Position numbers and translations under genes: made by a program. Positions 1 to 9,488 of a stretch of DNA of 41,448 nt are shown in pieces; the first letter of the stretch is position 1; every line of letters starts with the position of its first letter. Origin of the DNA: Candidatus Eiseniibacteriota bacterium (GTDB lineage Bacteria > Eisenbacteria > RBG-16-71-46 > JABDJR01 > JAWXBZ01); contig JAWXBZ010000085.1 of NCBI GenBank assembly GCA_034440375.1, positions 1 through 41,448 of the forward strand. Reading direction: 5' to 3'. Under the pieces are notes generated by a model that made no database searches, was not told the DNA's origin, and worked only from the letters and a program-made list of their open reading frames with translations.

Positions 1-69
1 CCGCTGGGGGCCTCCTATCGGGCGTCGATCCGGATCCCCTTCGGATCCGCGTCGGAAGGCGGGCGATGA
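1..69 (+). CDS. 3' end of an upstream gene (partial), possibly a PorV/PorQ-like beta-barrel protein
   Basis: Frame 1 reads PLGASYRASIRIPFGSASEGGR-stop and its TGA overlaps the next ATG. Resemblance to the PorV-family last strand (LG-x-S/T-H/Y-R-x-S-x4-F) rests on 22 residues only. Confidence 0.35.
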   Translation, partial: PLGASYRASIRIPFGSASEGGR

Positions 70-1694
70 TGATGCCTGCGGCACATCGTCGCTCACTCGT
101 CCGGGGCGGACGGCCGCTTCTGCTGGGGCTGGCTCTGGCACTGATGCTGCCCCCGGCCCTGGCCATCAGCCCCGCCTCCGCCGTCACGAAGCTCGAAGGC
201 GAGTACAACCTGCAGCTGGACATCCGCAAGCAGGACCGGAGTTTCGACTGGGACTTCGACTCGAACAACAACGATACGTATTCGCAGGCCCAGTTCCGCC
301 TGTTCACCCAGCCCAAGACGGGTGTCGAGGCGTTTCTTCGCTACGAGGCGGAGTGGAACACATCGGACAACAACAACGACCGGCCCATCTTCCTCTTCCG
401 CGAAGCGCATGGCCGCTACCGCTGGGAATTGAACGGGGCCAAGAAGGGTTTCGACACCTACCTCTTCGCCCGGCAGGACCGCTTCTGGGTGGACAACTAC
501 CTGATCCCGGTCGTCCGCAATGACGAAGGTCGCGACGGCGGTAATGCCCAGGGGATCCGCGTCGACTCCTGGGGCTTCCTCGGCGGCCTCAACGCCACGG
601 CCATCGTGTCGGACTTCAGCGGGCAGTACAATCCGAACGACGTGACCTGTCTCGATTGCACACCCGAGAAGCTGGAAGCCCGTCGCGAGGAGCGCCGGCG
701 GCAGACCGACGATGGATACGTGCTCCGGCTGCGCCGCACGTTCGATCAGAACCGGCTTCGGACGGGTTTCACCTACAACCGGCGCGTCGAGAATCAATCC
801 GGTGTCGAACAGGATTCGACGCGCTTCGCGGAAGTTCTGGCGGGTGATGTCCGGTACACATTCAAGGACATCGACTTTTCGATGGAGTACGCGCAAAGCC
901 GGACGCGCGGGCCCGAGCCGGGTGTCCAGTTCCGGGATGGTCTCGACCAGGAACTCCTCGGGGTGCGGATTCCCGATTCGGCCGTCATCCTCGGCGAGAT
1001 CCGAAGCCTGCGCCTTGGTAACGCGCGGCTCGGGTACCTGAACGTGGCTCCAACCGGCTGGTTTCGCGGCCCCACCTTCGACAATCGCATGGGCGAGTCC
1101 AACCGCGATGAACGGGGCTACGTCATCAACACCTGGTACCTCGTGCCGGCCCGCGCCATCACGCTGACCAACAACTGGCTCGAGTACCGCAAGAAGGCCA
1201 CGCTACGCCGCCACGTCACCGAGTTCTATTCCGAGGCCTACATCGAGTTCCTGCGTGGCTTTACCGGCAAGACCTACTACCGGCAGAAGCGAACCATCGA
1301 CGACGTCAGCGCCGTCCGCCAGCGCATCGAGAAGAACGACGATTTCGTCTTCTGGATCTCGGTCGAAAGCCAGCTGGCATGGTTCCGCCTGAGCGGCAAG
1401 ATAAAAAACATGGGCACGCCCTTTCAAAAGGAACTGGGCTCGATCGAGACGTCCATCAATCTCGGAGCAAAGACGAAGCTCTACACGCGGCTGGTAACCG
1501 GGGACGACCCGACCAGCCTTCGCCGTTCGCTCTTTACCCAGATCCAGTACCGCCCTTCCGGCAACATGGAACTCTTCCTGGAATACGGCCCCGGGTTCAT
1601 CGGAGATTCCCAGATTCCGGTGGACGACGGCGACCTTGAAGGTTCCGGCCGCCAGAAGGACATTATCAAGGTATTCCTGAGGGGGACGTTTTGA
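66..1694 (+). CDS. Putative outer-membrane beta-barrel protein
   Basis: Signal peptide, many alternating aromatic/hydrophobic strands, C-terminal KVFLRGTF ending in Phe (beta-signal-like); translationally coupled to neighbours. Confidence 0.65.
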   Translation: MMMPAAHRRSLVRGGRPLLLGLALALMLPPALAISPASAVTKLEGEYNLQLDIRKQDRSFDWDFDSNNNDTYSQAQFRLFTQPKTGVEAFLRYEAEWNTSDNNNDRPIFLFREAHGRYRWELNGAKKGFDTYLFARQDRFWVDNYLIPVVRNDEGRDGGNAQGIRVDSWGFLGGLNATAIVSDFSGQYNPNDVTCLDCTPEKLEARREERRRQTDDGYVLRLRRTFDQNRLRTGFTYNRRVENQSGVEQDSTRFAEVLAGDVRYTFKDIDFSMEYAQSRTRGPEPGVQFRDGLDQELLGVRIPDSAVILGEIRSLRLGNARLGYLNVAPTGWFRGPTFDNRMGESNRDERGYVINTWYLVPARAITLTNNWLEYRKKATLRRHVTEFYSEAYIEFLRGFTGKTYYRQKRTIDDVSAVRQRIEKNDDFVFWISVESQLAWFRLSGKIKNMGTPFQKELGSIETSINLGAKTKLYTRLVTGDDPTSLRRSLFTQIQYRPSGNMELFLEYGPGFIGDSQIPVDDGDLEGSGRQKDIIKVFLRGTF

Positions 1695-3802
1695 TGCCGT
1701 TGCGATTGCTGACCAGCCTCGTCCTTCTCCTTTTGGTCGTCTCCTCGGCCGGGCGCGCCCGGGCCGAAATTACGGGCGTCGAGGGCGGTGTTCAATTCAC
1801 GTACGACAACAGTGCGGCCTCGCAGGTGCACTGGGCCGGGGATTTCAATGGCTGGAGCACCACCGCCAATCCATTCACGAAGGACGGAGAGCTGTGGGTC
1901 ATTGTCCTCCCGCTGCCTCCCGGCGAGCACATGTACAAGCTCGTCGTCGATGGACAATGGGTGGCGGATCCGAACAATCCGGATACCAAGGGAGAGTTCG
2001 GCAACTCGCTGATCCGGGTCGGGGCGGACGGCAAGCCGCAGGCCGGATCGGCGGGGGCCTCCGGGATAACCTCCCTGAGCCCGAAGATCAAGCTGAACGG
2101 GCGCCTCATCTCGCGCTTCGAATCGATCGATGACCCAAACCAGGGCGGGCGATTCGAGCTGCGCCGTCCGGACTTCGACCTGGACCTCGATTTCAATATC
2201 CGCATGAGCGATGTCCTCGATGCCCGCGTGCTCACGAATATTCGGGCCGAGAACGAGGATGTTCCGTTCTGGCAATCCCGACTCAATTTCGATCGCGGTC
2301 ATCTCCATCTGCATTCGGACCGTATCGATCTCCTGGCGTTCGACAATGACCGCATCGACCCGTGGCCGGACCCGCTCCGGCTGGTCGGCAACGTCGGCAT
2401 CTACGACCATGATTTCGGCTACGACGAACAGGGCATGCTCGCCCGTAAGAAGCTCGCGGGATTCGACATGCAACTCCTGTACGCCGATAACTTCCGCACG
2501 GGGGGGACCGACCGTCCCGGGTCCGTTGCCGCGTCGGCGCCCATCTACGAGGGACAGCTCGCCCGGGCGCAGCCCCTGATCGCCGAGTACGACTTCAACG
2601 ACACGGACAACAACAAGGATGTGCTGGCGTACAGCGCCGGCCGAAAGCTGGGTCGACGGCTCGATATCGGAGTCGTCGCGCGCCTGGACCGTGGTTTCAA
2701 CCCCGGTTTTGCCCGGGTTCGTGAAGGGGGATACGACACGACCGGTTTCCGCCCGGCCCGCGTGGTCGAAGGCCCGACCCTGGAACGCTGGAGCGGCGCC
2801 GGCGGCCACGGAACCTGGTCAACGGGACCGTGGAAGCTGGGCGGCGAATACCTGTGGGGGCGCAATCACCTGGACTTCCAGAATGGTTCCACCCTGAATG
2901 AATTCCGCTACGTCGAATCCGACACGACCCGGAGGACGCTCGGCGGTTCGGGGGCCCGGGAATCCTTCACCATCGCCACCGACCAACGTGCCAACCTGTC
3001 AGCAGCCGGCCCGGCGGTGGGGCTGGACCTGAAATTCGGCTGGGAGCTGCACACGACGCGAGTGACACCCATCGGCAACGACAGTGCGCGGTATCTCGAT
3101 AACCGAATGACGGTCTGGTCGGGTCATGCCGGTCGAACGTTTCCCCTGTCGGGGGAACGAGCCGTCAAGGCCCGTCTGGGTCTCGAATTCGTCGACTTCG
3201 ACTACGACGCCGGAACGCCCTGGCGCAGCCAGTTCTGGTTCGACAGCCGTAACTTCTGGCTGGAGGCCGGTGAACACGAGGTCAAGGTTGATCGATTCAC
3301 CCTGCTGGGGGGCGACGACGTGGTCTCCTGGCAACCATCGGTGTCGATCGATATCCTGGCCGATCCGCCCCTGAATGTCCGGTACGCCGGCACCATCAAC
3401 TCAACGGGATTCGATCTCAAGCCGAAGTTCATCGAGACCCTGTTCCAGGCGACGCTTCAACTCTCATCCCGGACGCGCCTCTACTCGGATACGCGGTGGG
3501 CACGGTATGACGATCCGGTGCTTCAGATCGACGGGGGTTATCTTTCGACATTCCTGGAGCTTCAGTATCAATTTACCCCCGGTATCCAGTTTGCCCTGTC
3601 GTGGGGTGTCGATCCGTACGTCATCGACGAGCCGGTCAACGAATACGCCTACATCGGCCGGGACACCTACCTGTTCGATCGATTCGCGACGGGTGCCGCG
3701 GCCGCCAACAACTACTACAGTCTTTATACGTTCCTGCCCCTGGCCGAGCAGGAACTCGAGGACGAGCGCCGGATCCAGCTGGAGGCGATCGTCCGCTTCT
3801 AG
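1694..3802 (+). CDS. CBM48/AMPK-type glycogen-binding domain fused to a putative outer-membrane beta-barrel
   Basis: Signal peptide, then VHWAGDFNGW...LPPGEHMYKLVVDGQWVADPNNP (CBM48 signature); rest is beta-strand-like and ends LEAIVRF. ATG overlaps the upstream TGA. Confidence 0.75.
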   Translation: MPLRLLTSLVLLLLVVSSAGRARAEITGVEGGVQFTYDNSAASQVHWAGDFNGWSTTANPFTKDGELWVIVLPLPPGEHMYKLVVDGQWVADPNNPDTKGEFGNSLIRVGADGKPQAGSAGASGITSLSPKIKLNGRLISRFESIDDPNQGGRFELRRPDFDLDLDFNIRMSDVLDARVLTNIRAENEDVPFWQSRLNFDRGHLHLHSDRIDLLAFDNDRIDPWPDPLRLVGNVGIYDHDFGYDEQGMLARKKLAGFDMQLLYADNFRTGGTDRPGSVAASAPIYEGQLARAQPLIAEYDFNDTDNNKDVLAYSAGRKLGRRLDIGVVARLDRGFNPGFARVREGGYDTTGFRPARVVEGPTLERWSGAGGHGTWSTGPWKLGGEYLWGRNHLDFQNGSTLNEFRYVESDTTRRTLGGSGARESFTIATDQRANLSAAGPAVGLDLKFGWELHTTRVTPIGNDSARYLDNRMTVWSGHAGRTFPLSGERAVKARLGLEFVDFDYDAGTPWRSQFWFDSRNFWLEAGEHEVKVDRFTLLGGDDVVSWQPSVSIDILADPPLNVRYAGTINSTGFDLKPKFIETLFQATLQLSSRTRLYSDTRWARYDDPVLQIDGGYLSTFLELQYQFTPGIQFALSWGVDPYVIDEPVNEYAYIGRDTYLFDRFATGAAAANNYYSLYTFLPLAEQELEDERRIQLEAIVRF

Positions 3803-3851
3803 TTGCCGGAGAGGGCCGCCAAAATGACGGTCGACCGATGAGGTGACAACG

Positions 3852-4271
3852 ATGACAAGGAACAACGAAGTCGGCAGGTGGGTGCGAGGCATCGCGGTCG
3901 TCCTGCTGGTGACGGGGGCCAGCGGCTGTTCGGCACTGTCTTTCATCAACCCGCGGCTTCCGCCCCCGCAGAACAGCGAGAAGGGTGTGCTTTTCCGGTA
4001 CCACGCGGCGTCGGCACGTGTCGTGCAGGTGGCCGGAAACTGGCCCGAGAACAACTGGCTGGCCGGCCAGGCCCAAACGGGATCGTTTCGCATCGGCGAG
4101 ATGACGGACGATGACAAGGACGGCGTCTGGGAGCGGTACGAAAAACTGCCGCCCGGTCGCTATCAGTACAAGTTTCGGATCGACGATGTGAACTGGAAGG
4201 ACGATCCGAGCAATCCGCAGCGGGCCGACGACGGCTTCGGCGGATTCAATTCCCTGCTGATCGTGAAGTGA
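3852..4271 (+). CDS. Lipoprotein with one CBM48/AMPK-type glycogen-binding domain
   Basis: Lipobox ASGC; VQVAGNW...LPPGRYQYKFRIDDVNWKDDPSNP...GGFNSLL. ATG 3852 preferred over GTG 3843 on RBS spacing (GAGGTG). Confidence 0.8.
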   Translation: MTRNNEVGRWVRGIAVVLLVTGASGCSALSFINPRLPPPQNSEKGVLFRYHAASARVVQVAGNWPENNWLAGQAQTGSFRIGEMTDDDKDGVWERYEKLPPGRYQYKFRIDDVNWKDDPSNPQRADDGFGGFNSLLIVK

Positions 4272-4305
4272 GCCGGATCATCCGGCGTTGAGGAGGCAGT
4301 CAACC

Positions 4306-7300
4306 GTGCTCAAAGGACTCGCGCGTCGCATCGTTCCGGCCCTGTTCACCCTGATGCTGATCGGACTCGGCTGCGACAAGGGGCCGGTTGAACCGGAACT
4401 GACGCCCACGGGGGACAAGCCCTGCCTGGAAACCGGCAGCCTCACGGGGTCGGTTACCGTGACCGGGATCTCGGGCAGCCTTCCTTATACGCGTGTGTAT
4501 GCCATCCTCGACGAAGACACGCTCTGCACCTCGGCCTTCACGGCCATCCAGGTCGTCGGCAATCACACCAGTCCAGCCTTCTCGGTGACGGCCTCGCGGG
4601 TCATGGACCGCCTCGGCGGGTGCGTCTGGGCTGATTCTCTCAACCTTGTGCCGTCGCAGTTCGACGCCACGCCTGGCCGGCTGCAGTGGAAATTCATCAC
4701 GAACCGCACCTTCGACAACCCCCCGGACTATGGCTCCCCCGGCAGCGGCCTGGGTTCCCTGGTCGGCATCTCCCGGCTCGGGGCACCCGGCCCGGACGGC
4801 AACATCGAAGCTCGGGTGATAACGGGCGGCCCCTACCTGGCCATGCTTGATGAGTCGTCGAAGCGATATGCGATTCTTCCCTGGAGCCAGGCACCCGTGC
4901 GGGGCATCGACCAGTCGTCGGGTCAATTCGAATTCAACGACCTGTGCGTGGGCAACTATACGCTCGTCTTCCGCGGCGCCGGGGTCGAGCCGATGTCGGC
5001 ACGCGGCCTGGTCGTGGCTGCCGACGATACAACGACGGCCGGAAATACCATCCTCCGGCCCGCCGCCGGCGTCTGCCAGTCGCAGTACACGAATATCCAG
5101 GTGGCGGGCGATCTGAATCCTGAGGCCTACGGCAACTTTGACCTGGTCCGGGCGCCCCAGATGACGATGGTCGAGGGGTGCATCTGGGAGGCCACGGTCA
5201 ACGTGGCCACGGCGGGTAACCACTTCTTCAAGTTCATCACCGACCTCAATTTCGACGAAACTCCCGACTACGGCGGCAGCGAAGTGTGCACGGCCGATCT
5301 CGAGGGCAGCGTCTCGCTGGTCACCGGCACCGGGACCGCACTCTGTATCGAATTTCCCTCGGCGGGCGATTTTCTCTTCCGCCTGGACGAAACCACCCTT
5401 ACCTACGAGATCACCAGAGGGAGTGGCAGCGGGCCGACCGGGCGTCTGAAGGGGCGCATCCGACTGTCGGACAACCCGGATCCGATGCCCGAGACGCTGG
5501 TGCAGGTCTTCCGCGCCGGCACCAACATCCAGGTCGATAGTCTGAGCGTCCTGGAGGCGTTCTCGTTCGGCGGCCTGCCGGTGGGGTCGTACGATGTCCA
5601 GGCCACCGCGTCCGGCTACATCGACGAAGTCCGCACGGTCATCGTGATCGAAAACCAGACCACCGACCTCGGCACCATCACCCTCGACCCGGGCTGCCAG
5701 AGCGTCTTCACGCGCATCCAGGTGGTCGGCAATCTCAATACCGATCTCTACGGCAACTTCGAGCCGGCGCGGTCGCCGGACCTGGTCAACCTGGGTAATT
5801 GCGTCTGGCAGGGGACGGTAAACAGCGTGCAGGCCGGAAACCGGCTCTTCAAGTTCGTGACCGGGGGGGCCTTTGGGGCGGACGACTACGGCTCCGACGA
5901 GATCTGCCGGGCCGAATTGACCGGGCCGGTGGCGTTCGTGGACGGGCCCGGCACGGCCATCTGCATTACGTTTGCCGAGTCGGGCAACTACCGCTTCACC
6001 CTGGACGAAAAAACGCTGAGCTACGCGATCGAACGGATCCAGGTGGCGCAACCGGCCACGATTCGCGGCAGCATCACCTTCAACGGGGCGCCGGGCACCG
6101 GCCAGAAGGCCTTTGTGCAGCTCGTCGATGTCGCGGGTCCGATCCCGATCACGATCGACTCGGACAGCACCACGGCGGCATTCGAGTTCACCGGTTTCGG
6201 CGCCGGGATCTACGAACTCCGGCTGTCGGCCACGGGCTTTGTCAACACGACCCGGTCCGCCGCGGTCCTCGCCGGGCAGGTGCTCGACGTCGGGGCCATC
6301 AACCTGGTACCCGGTTTCACCTCCCGTTTCAAGCAGATCGCGCTGATCGGCAACTTTCCGGGCATCAACTGGGAGCCGGCCAATCAACGCGCCATGGTCC
6401 AGAGCCCGGCCGGCACCTGGAAGACGACCCTGACTGCTCTCCCCGGCGGCAACTACTTCTTCAAGTTTCGAACGAACGACAACTGGGAATCCCCCGACCC
6501 GGACTATGGTTCGAACAACGACGAAACGTGCCGCCCGGTCCTGTCGGGCCCGGTGACCCTGATCTCAGGTGGCGGGCCCAATGCGCTGTGCGTCACCTTT
6601 CCCGCCGGCACGGCCGATTACGAATTCACGCTCGACGAGGTCCTGCGCACCTATGCGATCGTGCGGCAGGGTGAGCAGGGCACCGGAAGGCTGGTCGGCT
6701 CGATCACCTTTGCCGGGATCGCCGGGGCGCCCATTCCGTCGGCTCGAATCCGGTTACAGACCCAGGCAGGCACCGCGGATCTGGGCCAGGCCGCCAGCGA
6801 TCCGTTGACCGGCGCCTGGACGCTCGACCAGCTCGATGCCGGTACGTACAAGATCATCGTCGAAGCCGGCTGCTTCCAGAGCGTCACGATCGAAAATCTG
6901 GTGGTCGGTACGGCCACAACGGCCGTCCCGCCGGTCAATCTGGCCGTTGGCACCAGCATGTTCCAGCGTATCCAGCTCCTCGGCAGCTTCAACGGCTTCG
7001 ACCTTGGTTCGACGCCCGATATGTCAAAGCTCTCGGCGTGCGTCTGGGTGGATACGTTGGTTATCACCGATGTCACCGCACCCATCGAGTTCAAGTTCGT
7101 CACGGACGGCGATTTCGATACCTCGCCGGACTATGGCGTTCCCGGCGATCAGCTCGATCCGGCCTCCGGGCCCTGCGTTCTCGGGGCCGGCGGTTCGTCG
7201 GGTAACATCAAGATTCAACTGGCCGAACCGGGCACCTATTTCTTCGAGATCGACGAACGGTTTCCGCGCTACATCGTATCCCGCATTGGGCCAGCGGAAC

Positions 7301-7323
7301 CGGGCACAGGAGGCTCACGATGA
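4306..7323 (+). CDS. Large lipoprotein with five SusE/SusF-like carbohydrate-binding repeats alternating with carboxypeptidase-regulatory-like beta-sandwich spacers
   Basis: AGGAGG at 4291 before GTG 4306; lipobox LIGLGC; five repeats I-x-[VL]-x-G...W...[FW]KF-x-T...DYG; spacers with G-x-Y-x-[LV] motifs. Confidence 0.7.
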   Translation: MLKGLARRIVPALFTLMLIGLGCDKGPVEPELTPTGDKPCLETGSLTGSVTVTGISGSLPYTRVYAILDEDTLCTSAFTAIQVVGNHTSPAFSVTASRVMDRLGGCVWADSLNLVPSQFDATPGRLQWKFITNRTFDNPPDYGSPGSGLGSLVGISRLGAPGPDGNIEARVITGGPYLAMLDESSKRYAILPWSQAPVRGIDQSSGQFEFNDLCVGNYTLVFRGAGVEPMSARGLVVAADDTTTAGNTILRPAAGVCQSQYTNIQVAGDLNPEAYGNFDLVRAPQMTMVEGCIWEATVNVATAGNHFFKFITDLNFDETPDYGGSEVCTADLEGSVSLVTGTGTALCIEFPSAGDFLFRLDETTLTYEITRGSGSGPTGRLKGRIRLSDNPDPMPETLVQVFRAGTNIQVDSLSVLEAFSFGGLPVGSYDVQATASGYIDEVRTVIVIENQTTDLGTITLDPGCQSVFTRIQVVGNLNTDLYGNFEPARSPDLVNLGNCVWQGTVNSVQAGNRLFKFVTGGAFGADDYGSDEICRAELTGPVAFVDGPGTAICITFAESGNYRFTLDEKTLSYAIERIQVAQPATIRGSITFNGAPGTGQKAFVQLVDVAGPIPITIDSDSTTAAFEFTGFGAGIYELRLSATGFVNTTRSAAVLAGQVLDVGAINLVPGFTSRFKQIALIGNFPGINWEPANQRAMVQSPAGTWKTTLTALPGGNYFFKFRTNDNWESPDPDYGSNNDETCRPVLSGPVTLISGGGPNALCVTFPAGTADYEFTLDEVLRTYAIVRQGEQGTGRLVGSITFAGIAGAPIPSARIRLQTQAGTADLGQAASDPLTGAWTLDQLDAGTYKIIVEAGCFQSVTIENLVVGTATTAVPPVNLAVGTSMFQRIQLLGSFNGFDLGSTPDMSKLSACVWVDTLVITDVTAPIEFKFVTDGDFDTSPDYGVPGDQLDPASGPCVLGAGGSSGNIKIQLAEPGTYFFEIDERFPRYIVSRIGPAEPGTGGSR

Positions 7324-8594
7324 GCGGGCGCTGCGTTCACGAATTGCGGATGATCGTCGTGGCGGCGCTCATCATCGGAGTGGGCGCTTGCGGTGGCGGG
7401 GGAGGCTCGACGTCGAAGGACGGTCGCCGCGGCGCAAGCGCGACGAAGATTGTGATATGGGAACAGATGGACCCAAAGGAGGTCACCCGGTTCGACCGGC
7501 ACCTGAACGCCTACATGGCCGCCCACCCCGAGGTGCGAGTCGAACATTCACACTTCAACACGGAGGACCTGCGGAGCCAGTTCCAGAATGCGGCCAATGC
7601 CGGAGGCGGTCCGGACCTTGTTTACGGGCCGTCGGACCAGGTCGGGCCGTTCTCGGTCCTCAAGATCATCCTGCCACTCGACACGCTGATTCCGGCGTCG
7701 ACGCTCGCCAACTTCCATCCGGCGGCGTTCGACACGTTGGACGGCCATATCTGGGCCATTCCGGACCAGATCGGCAACCATCTCGTCCTGGTCTATAACA
7801 AGGACCTCGTACCGACGGCGCCGGCGGACTTCAACGCCCTGATTGACGCGGCCAGGAAACTGACCGTGGACGATGACGGCGACGGAACACCGGATCGGTA
7901 CGGCCTGGCTTTCGAAACAAACGAGCCGTTCTGGCTCATTCCGTTCCTTACCGCCAGCGGCGGCTGGGTCATGGATGCCACGGGACAGCCCACGCTCGGC
8001 ACACCCGCCATGGTGGATGCGCTTCGCTTCCTGGCCGATCTCAAGAACAAGGTCGGCATCGTTCCAAAGGAGTGCAACTACCAGCTCATGGACACGCTCT
8101 TCAAGGAAAAGAAGACGCCGTTCATCATCAACGGGCCCTGGTCCTGGCAGGACTACATCGACAGCGGCATCAACCTGGGCCTGGCGCCGATTCCGCCGCT
8201 GGAACCGGGCGGCCGCCGGCCGGCGCCGATGGCCGCCGCCAAGGGGTATTCGATCAACGCCAACGTGCCGGCCGAACGGAAGGCGGCCGTCCTGGCCCTC
8301 CTCGAGTACCTGACCTCGCCGGAGGTGGTGGCCGACTTTCCGGACCTCCTGATCCTGCCCAGTCGCCGGGAAATCCTTGACAGCCCGAAGGTAACGGGCA
8401 ATCCGCTGCTGGTGGCCTCGCGGCAGGCGTACGAAGCCGGCCGCCGGATGCCGGTGACGCCACAGATGCGGGCCATCTGGGATGCGATGCGCCCGGTACA
8501 GCAGTCGGTCATGAACGGCAGCCTCCGCCCGGAGGCCGCCGCGGCCCAGATGCAGAAGGACGCCGTCAGCAAGATCGCGGCGATGATGAACTAG
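7320..8594 (+). CDS. malE: Sugar ABC transporter substrate-binding lipoprotein, maltose/maltodextrin-binding (MalE-like)
   Basis: Lipobox VGAC; GGGPDL, LVYNKDLV, IINGPW and MPVTPQMRAIW motifs typical of MalE/CycB-type binding proteins. Confidence 0.85.
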   Translation: MSGRCVHELRMIVVAALIIGVGACGGGGGSTSKDGRRGASATKIVIWEQMDPKEVTRFDRHLNAYMAAHPEVRVEHSHFNTEDLRSQFQNAANAGGGPDLVYGPSDQVGPFSVLKIILPLDTLIPASTLANFHPAAFDTLDGHIWAIPDQIGNHLVLVYNKDLVPTAPADFNALIDAARKLTVDDDGDGTPDRYGLAFETNEPFWLIPFLTASGGWVMDATGQPTLGTPAMVDALRFLADLKNKVGIVPKECNYQLMDTLFKEKKTPFIINGPWSWQDYIDSGINLGLAPIPPLEPGGRRPAPMAAAKGYSINANVPAERKAAVLALLEYLTSPEVVADFPDLLILPSRREILDSPKVTGNPLLVASRQAYEAGRRMPVTPQMRAIWDAMRPVQQSVMNGSLRPEAAAAQMQKDAVSKIAAMMN

Positions 8595-8600
8595 GAGCCG

Positions 8601-9488
8601 ATGGCCGCTGATTCGAGTCGCAGCCGGCTCTTCCCCTGGCTCCTTGTGGGTCCGGCCATGCTGGTCATGGCACTGGTCGTCTTCTATCCGTTTGTCTACA
8701 ACGTCGGCATTGCCTTCAGCGACATGAGCCTCCGGACGTTTCGCAATCCGGGCTTCGCCGGCTTCCGGCACTTCATCGAAATCTTCACGACCTCGCCCCT
8801 CTACACGATCCTGGGCAAGACCGTGATCTGGACGGTCGTCAACGTGACCTTTCATGTGGCGATCGGGCTGTCGCTGGCGCTCCTGCTCAACGGCCCCGTC
8901 AAGGGGCGCAACATCTATCGGGCCCTGCTCATCCTCCCGTGGGCCATGCCGCAGTACATCGTGGCCCTCACCTGGAAGGGGATGTTCAATTACCAGTACG
9001 GGGCCGTAAACCTGATTCTCGGCCGCCTGGGCGTGCCCCCGGTGTCGTGGCTGTCCGATGCCACCGCGGCCTTCGCCTCGGCCATCATCGCCAACATCTG
9101 GCTCGGCTTCCCGTTCATGATGGTCATCTGCCTCGGCGGCCTCCAATCGATCCCGAAGGAGATGTACGAGGCGGCCGACATCGATGGCGCTCCGGCCTGG
9201 ACGAAATTCCGGAGGATCACGCTGCCGCTACTGAAACCGGTCCTGGTGCCGGCTATCGTGCTTGGCATCGTCTGGACCTTCAACAGCCTCAATGTCCTCT
9301 GGCTGATCACCGAGGGGGGACGGCCGGCCAACCAGAGTCATATCCTGGTTACCTGGATCTACAACGAGGCGTTCACGCTGTACCGGTACGGCTACGCCGC
9401 CGCCTTTTCGATCATCATCTTTCTCATTCTCCTGGGTTTTTCGATCCTGTTTGTCCGGCAGACCCGGGGTACGGAGGCGGTCTACTGA
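8601..9488 (+). CDS. malF: Sugar ABC transporter permease (MalF-like)
   Basis: RALLILPWAMP, WLGFPFMM and EAA loop YEAADIDGA...ITLPLLKP. Confidence 0.88.
   Translation: MAADSSRSRLFPWLLVGPAMLVMALVVFYPFVYNVGIAFSDMSLRTFRNPGFAGFRHFIEIFTTSPLYTILGKTVIWTVVNVTFHVAIGLSLALLLNGPVKGRNIYRALLILPWAMPQYIVALTWKGMFNYQYGAVNLILGRLGVPPVSWLSDATAAFASAIIANIWLGFPFMMVICLGGLQSIPKEMYEAADIDGAPAWTKFRRITLPLLKPVLVPAIVLGIVWTFNSLNVLWLITEGGRPANQSHILVTWIYNEAFTLYRYGYAAAFSIIIFLILLGFSILFVRQTRGTEAVY

Noticed and set aside
4300-6387. Long antisense ORFs (also 1481-2809, 7548-9146, 11998-13770, 17083-18777, 20332-21825, 21867-23621, 31116-32543, 38153-39130)
   Set aside because: Shadow frames of well-supported genes in high-GC DNA; no family motifs.
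8939-9487. N-terminal extension of the malG ORF overlapping malF
   Set aside because: True start is the ATG overlapping the malF stop; the same applies to overextended starts at 11260, 18401, 27715, 29702 and 36220.
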